Origin: Lama glama
Lineage: Eukaryota
Direction: 5' to 3'
Length of the DNA: 64,000 bases
Assembly: GCA_028534125.1 (NCBI GenBank)
Contig: CM052816.1
Coordinates: forward strand, 21,268,001 to 21,332,000
How positions within the stretch are numbered: the stretch's first letter is position 1; every line of letters starts with the position of its first letter. A program made the translations under genes and the position numbers. Positions 59,082 to 64,000 of this stretch are shown here, in pieces. The notes under the pieces are model-generated. The model worked only from the letters and a program-made list of their open reading frames with translations. It had not been told where the DNA came from and did not search any database.

Positions 59082-59859
59082 TATGTAAAATAACCTCCAG
59101 CTGTACCTACTTTATTGCTTAATCAATCCTTCATGCTGTACTTGCCTAAAAAAAAGAAAAAAAGAAAAAAAAATCCCCTCATTTATCCCCTGTGGATGGC
59201 ATTCTCATAATAAAAAATGTCTTAAATGATTCAACAGTTCACTAATGAAAGAGTATGTAAAACAAGGTGGTAGGGAAAAGATGCCAGAATTTTTTTTAAC
59301 ATATTTGGGCTTTTAATGTAATAATTTAAAATATTTATAGACAGTACACAGAGGAATATAAGCTGTCTATAATCCCCAGAATTTAAAAATAAGAGACTTG
59401 AAAGAATAAAACAAAACATGATGATACACAGCAGACAAGCAAAAATAAAAATATTTAAAGAATGTGTAGTTTAGATAAGGGGTAGTAACAGATACACATT
59501 AAGAGGAATGTAAAGGCAAACCTTAGTAGTGCCCATCCAAGCAAATCCAGGGAAGATTCTTAATTAGTAGACCCAAGTTCCAGGGTCACACTGAGAAAGC
59601 AATATAGAGAACTACCTCAGGGTCTTTTAAATGAGTTCCCTACTTCACCATACCCAGGGCCAGGCCTGACCTCGGATTCTAAGACATCTCTCAGTTATCT
59701 TTCTTCAGAAAGATAAATTCACCATTTTCTTTCATATCTTCTGTCTAGTAGTTAATACCCAGATTAGGTGAACAGAGGCAATATCTGTCTTTACTGTCAT
59801 TTATATCTATCATGAAAACATTACACTGAAGGTATTCAGACTGTTTTGTAGGGGGGTAT

Positions 59860-61760
59860 TATGGACATTGATATACTAGGAGGTTATCACATTAGACCAG
59901 GGAAAGATGATGGTAGCTTGAACCAAAATGGTTGTCACAGAGAAGGAGAGAAACAGACTCAAGAGCCACTGGGCTAAATCCATAGGACTTGGTAATGGAC
60001 TAAATATAGAAGGCAAGGAAGGTGTCAAGACAGACAGGTTCTTGGCTTGTGTTAATGGATGGATGGTAGTGTCATTCACTGAGGAAGAGAAGTGCAAGAG
60101 GAACGAGCTGTGGGAGATTTTCTAAAGGAGAGTCAGGGGAAAAGGATCATGAGCTTGGTTTTGAATATGCTGAAACTGAGGTATAAAATAAGAGACAGTT
60201 GGGTACACAGGTCTGGAAACTGAAGTCTGGTCGAGAGATATAAATCCATGAGTCATCTACAAATACATGGTAATTCAAGCAATGAAAGTGAATGAGCTTA
60301 TCTAGGAAGAGAGTATCAAGCAAAAACAGGAGAGGATCTAGGATTGAGCCTGTGGAACTCCAATATTTTTTGGCTGGGTAGGACATGGTTGTGTGGGAAG
60401 GAAATAGGCAACAATGTTGCGCCATGTAATGATAGTCTGGAAAAAAATTTTCAAGTAAGAAGTGATTAGATAGCTACTATTTACTGAGTTGTACATGGAA
60501 CAATGACCCTCCAAAGATAATGATATCCTAATCCCTGGATTTTGAGAACGTGTTTGGTTATGTGGCAAATGGGGATTAAGACCACAGATAGAATTAATGC
60601 TGCTTCTCATCTGACTTTATTTAAAAAAATTTATTATGTATATTTCACCACAACTTTAAACATTGTTAATATTTTAAAATGACATAAACTTTACATACTA
60701 AAATTGTACTGTATTTTTGACATATGGATATGAGTTTTGGTATATTCATATAATCATGACATCACCATGGTAAAAACAATGAACATATTCATGATTTCCA
60801 ACATAGTCACTGTGTCCCTGTGTAATCCTGCTCTTTCTCTACCACTAACCCTACCCTCAGCCAACCACTGATCTTTCTGTCACTATAGATTAATATGTAT
60901 TTTCTAGAATTTTATATAAATGGAATTAGTATGCACTCTATTTTGTCCGGCTTCTTTCTTTGAGATTTATCCATGCTGCTGTATCAACAGAGCATTTTTA
61001 TTGCTGAGTAGTATTCCACAATATCATTTGACTTTAAATGGAGAATATCCTGGACTTCTGGGTGGGGCCAAGGTAATCACAAGAGTCCTTAAATATGGAA
61101 CAGGGAGGCAGAAGAGGTCAGAATGATGTGATGTGAGAACTCTGTCTACTGTTGCTGGCTTTCAAGACGCAGGAAAAAGACCATGATCCAAGGGATACAG
61201 GCAGTCTCGAGGAGATGGAAAGGGCAAGGAAACAGATTTTCTCCCAGAGCCTCCAAGAAGGATCAAAGCCCTGCCAACATCTTGATTTTAAGCCAATGAG
61301 ACCCAATTTGGACTTCTAAACTACAGAACTGTAAGATAATAAATTTGTATTGTTTTAAGCCACTAAGTTTGTGATATGTTATAGCAACCATACCAATACA
61401 TGAAAACTTATGACATATTCAGCATTTTATATGCATTAGATGAATCCTTATAACATCCTACTAAACTATGTACAGTGATAATGAACTATTGTTTTACAAA
61501 TTTTAAAAAAAGGGCTTTCTATGAGGTCTATTTTGTATAGCAATAGCATTATCCTAATTAATACAGAGGTTATCTGTGACCTTAGTTGGAGATGTTTCAG
61601 TAGAAAACTATGGACAAAGTAGGAGTCAGAAGGAAGTGAACAAATAGAGACAGAGAGTATCAACAACTCTTTTAAGAGGACGGGCTAAAAAGGGGAAGAT
61701 GGAGACAGACAGTAACAGGAATAAAATGAAATCTGCGGCTGTGGGAGAGACCTGAGTGTG
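59860..61760 (-). mobile_element. LINE-2 remnant interrupted by an MLT1 LTR (about 60490-61400, plus) that is itself interrupted by an L1 3' end (about 60620-61023, minus)
   Basis: Purine-rich antisense L2 text on both sides; MLT1 end AGAACTGTAAGATAATAAATTTGTATTGTTTTAAGCCACTAAGTTTG; TSD-like TCAT(C/T)TGACTTTA. Confidence 0.7.
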
Positions 61761-62368
61761 TTCAAAAGCCAGTAAAAGAACCTGTTTGAGAATCCAGTAG
61801 CTAGTATAGTGCCTCTAGTACACAACAGATACAGAACAGTATTGGTTACATAAATTATTTAATTAGTTTGACAACTAAATACGTAAGTGAAAGGGAGGGG
61901 TAAGGTGTAAGGAAAGCAATTTACTCAACAGAGATAAAGCCTTGAATCCAGGGCAGCCTAATTTCAATATTCGTACCCATTACAAGATGCTAATTGCCTC
62001 TAACAGAATGACAACAGTTGAAAGGAACAAACTATTACTTTTTCCTGTCTGCTTTTCATCTCATGCATCCCTATAGACATGATACTAGCATTTTTCATTC
62101 ATTCAATCTATCTTTGAGTGAGTATGCACCTTTAATTAAGCAACTATACAAAAATTACTCAAAGGAATCCAACAATATCACTACATCTTTAATGGGATCA
62201 TTCTGCTTAACTGATAAAGAGTATCAAATAAAAAGTTAAATGTTGATAGTGGATGAGGTTGTGCAGGCGTAGAGGCATGGCAGAACTTTGCTTTCTGCTC
62301 AGTTTTGCTGAGAAACTAAACTGCTCTAAAAATAAAGTCTGTTAAAAAATTAATAAGCTCTCCTTCAG

Positions 62369-62600
62369 ACTGGGATTTCAAAATTTGTAGATACTGACAG
62401 TTATATGCAGAATAGATAAACAAGATTACACTGTATAGCACAGGGAAATATATACAAGATCTTGTGGTAGCTCACAGTGAAAAAAAATGTGACAATGAAT
62501 ATATGTATGTTCATCTATAACTGAAAAATTGTGCTTTACACTGGAATTTGACATAACACTGTAAAATGACTATAACTCAATAAAAAAAGATAAAAAAAAA
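62369..62600 (+). mobile_element. Short young L1 3' end
   Basis: Perfect TSD AAGCTCTCCTTCAG at 62355-62368 and 62601-62614; closely similar to the copy at 14650-14857. Confidence 0.88.
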
Positions 62601-62614
62601 AAGCTCTCCTTCAG

Positions 62615-64000
62615 TTATCAAAATAGTATGGTACTGGCACAAAAAACATACACATAAATCAATGGAACTGGACAGAAAATCCAGAAATAAACCCACATAC
62701 CTAAGGTCAATTAATCTTTGACAAAGGAGGCAAGAATATACAATGGAGAAAAAGTCTCTTCAGCAAGTGTTGTTGGGAAAGCTGGACAGCCACAGGTAAA
62801 TCAATGAAGTGAGAACAATCCCTCACACCATATACAAAATAAACTCAAAATGGCTTAAAGACTTAAATATAAGAAATGACACTATATAACTTCTAGAAAA
62901 GGACATAGGCAAAACATTCTCTGACATAAATCATACCAATGTTTTCTTAGGCCAGTCTCTGAAGGCAATAGAAATAAAAGCAAAAATAAACAAATGGGGC
63001 CTAATCAAACAAGCTTTTACAGAGCAAATGAAAACTTATAAAAAAAAAGAAAAGACAACCTACAGACTCAGAGAAAATATTTACATATGATGCAACTGAC
63101 AAGGGCTTATTTTCCAAAATATACAAATAGCTAGTACAACTTAGTAACAAAAAAACCAACAACCCCATCAAAAAACGGGCAGAAGACTAAATCGACATTT
63201 GTCAAAAAAAGACGTACAGATGGCTAATAGGCACGTGAAAAGATGCTCAATATCACTAATCATAAGAGAAGTGTAAATCAAAATTACAATGAGGTTATCA
63301 CCTCATACCAGTCAGAATAGCCCTAATTAAAAACTCTACAAATAAATGCTAGAGAGGGTGTGGAGAAAAATGAACCCTCCTACACTGTTGGTGGGAATGC
63401 AAAATCCCTAAGGAGAACAGTATAGAGGTGCCTTAAAAAACTAAAAATAGACTTACCATGTGTTCCAGCAATCCCACTCCCTGGACATATATCCAGGGAA
63501 AACTATAATCTGAAAAGACATGGAAACAACCTAGATGTCCATCGACAGATCAGTGGCTCAACGTGTGGTTGGTGTGTGTGTGTGTGTGTGTGTGTGCGTG
63601 CAACGTGTGGTTGGTGTGTGTGTGTGTGTGTAATATTACTCAGCCATAAAAAAGAATGAAATAATGCCAGCTGCAGCAACATGGATGGACCTAGAGATTA
63701 GCATACTAAGTGAAGTAAGTCACATAGAGAAAAACAAGTAGCACATAATATCACTTATATGTGGAATCTAAAAATAGATACAAATTTTATTTGCAAACCA
63801 GAAATAGATTCACAGACATAGAAAACAAACTTGGGTTACCAGAGGGGAAAAGGAGGGAGGGATAAATTAGGAGTTTGGGATTAAAAGATCCACATTACTA
63901 TACATAAAATAGATAAATAACAAGGACCCACTGTATATAGCACAGGGAACTATATTCAATTTCTTGTAATAAGCTATAATGGAAAAGAATTTGAAAATAT
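62615..64000 (+). mobile_element. L1 ORF2 3' part and 3' UTR (runs off the right edge)
   Basis: GTATGGTACTGGCACAAAAA, TTTGACAAAGGAGGCAAGAATATACAATGG and other matches to the L1 at 50280-52463. Confidence 0.9.

Overview
Mammalian genomic DNA, most likely camelid (four tRNA-Ala-derived SINE copies; no Alu, B1/B2, Bov-A or PRE-type SINEs recognised). The window holds 22 coding exons of RAD50 on the minus strand, numbered 4-25 by analogy to human. They span 58461 down to the TAA stop at 3338-3340 and total 3574 nt. They splice in frame and encode the Q-loop, coiled coil, CPVC zinc hook, ABC signature, Walker B/D-loop and H-loop. Exons 1-3 lie beyond the right edge. All introns are GT-AG except intron 23, which is GC-AG. 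The introns are full of L1, L2, MIR, MaLR LTR, MER5 and Tigger1 remnants, several with target-site duplications (TSDs), nesting or inversions. The repeat-poor 3' end of the gene (about 3.2-9.3 kb and 16-19 kb) carries clustered GATA, STAT, RUNX and AP-1/IRF composite motifs, matching the known position of the Th2 cytokine locus control region (LCR). I found no evidence of a novel protein-coding or prokaryote-type system. The best leads are the candidate LCR modules, including a perfect AICE in the 3' UTR, and a few unusual retro-insertion structures. Repeat family names and comparisons with human come from memory, not from database searches.
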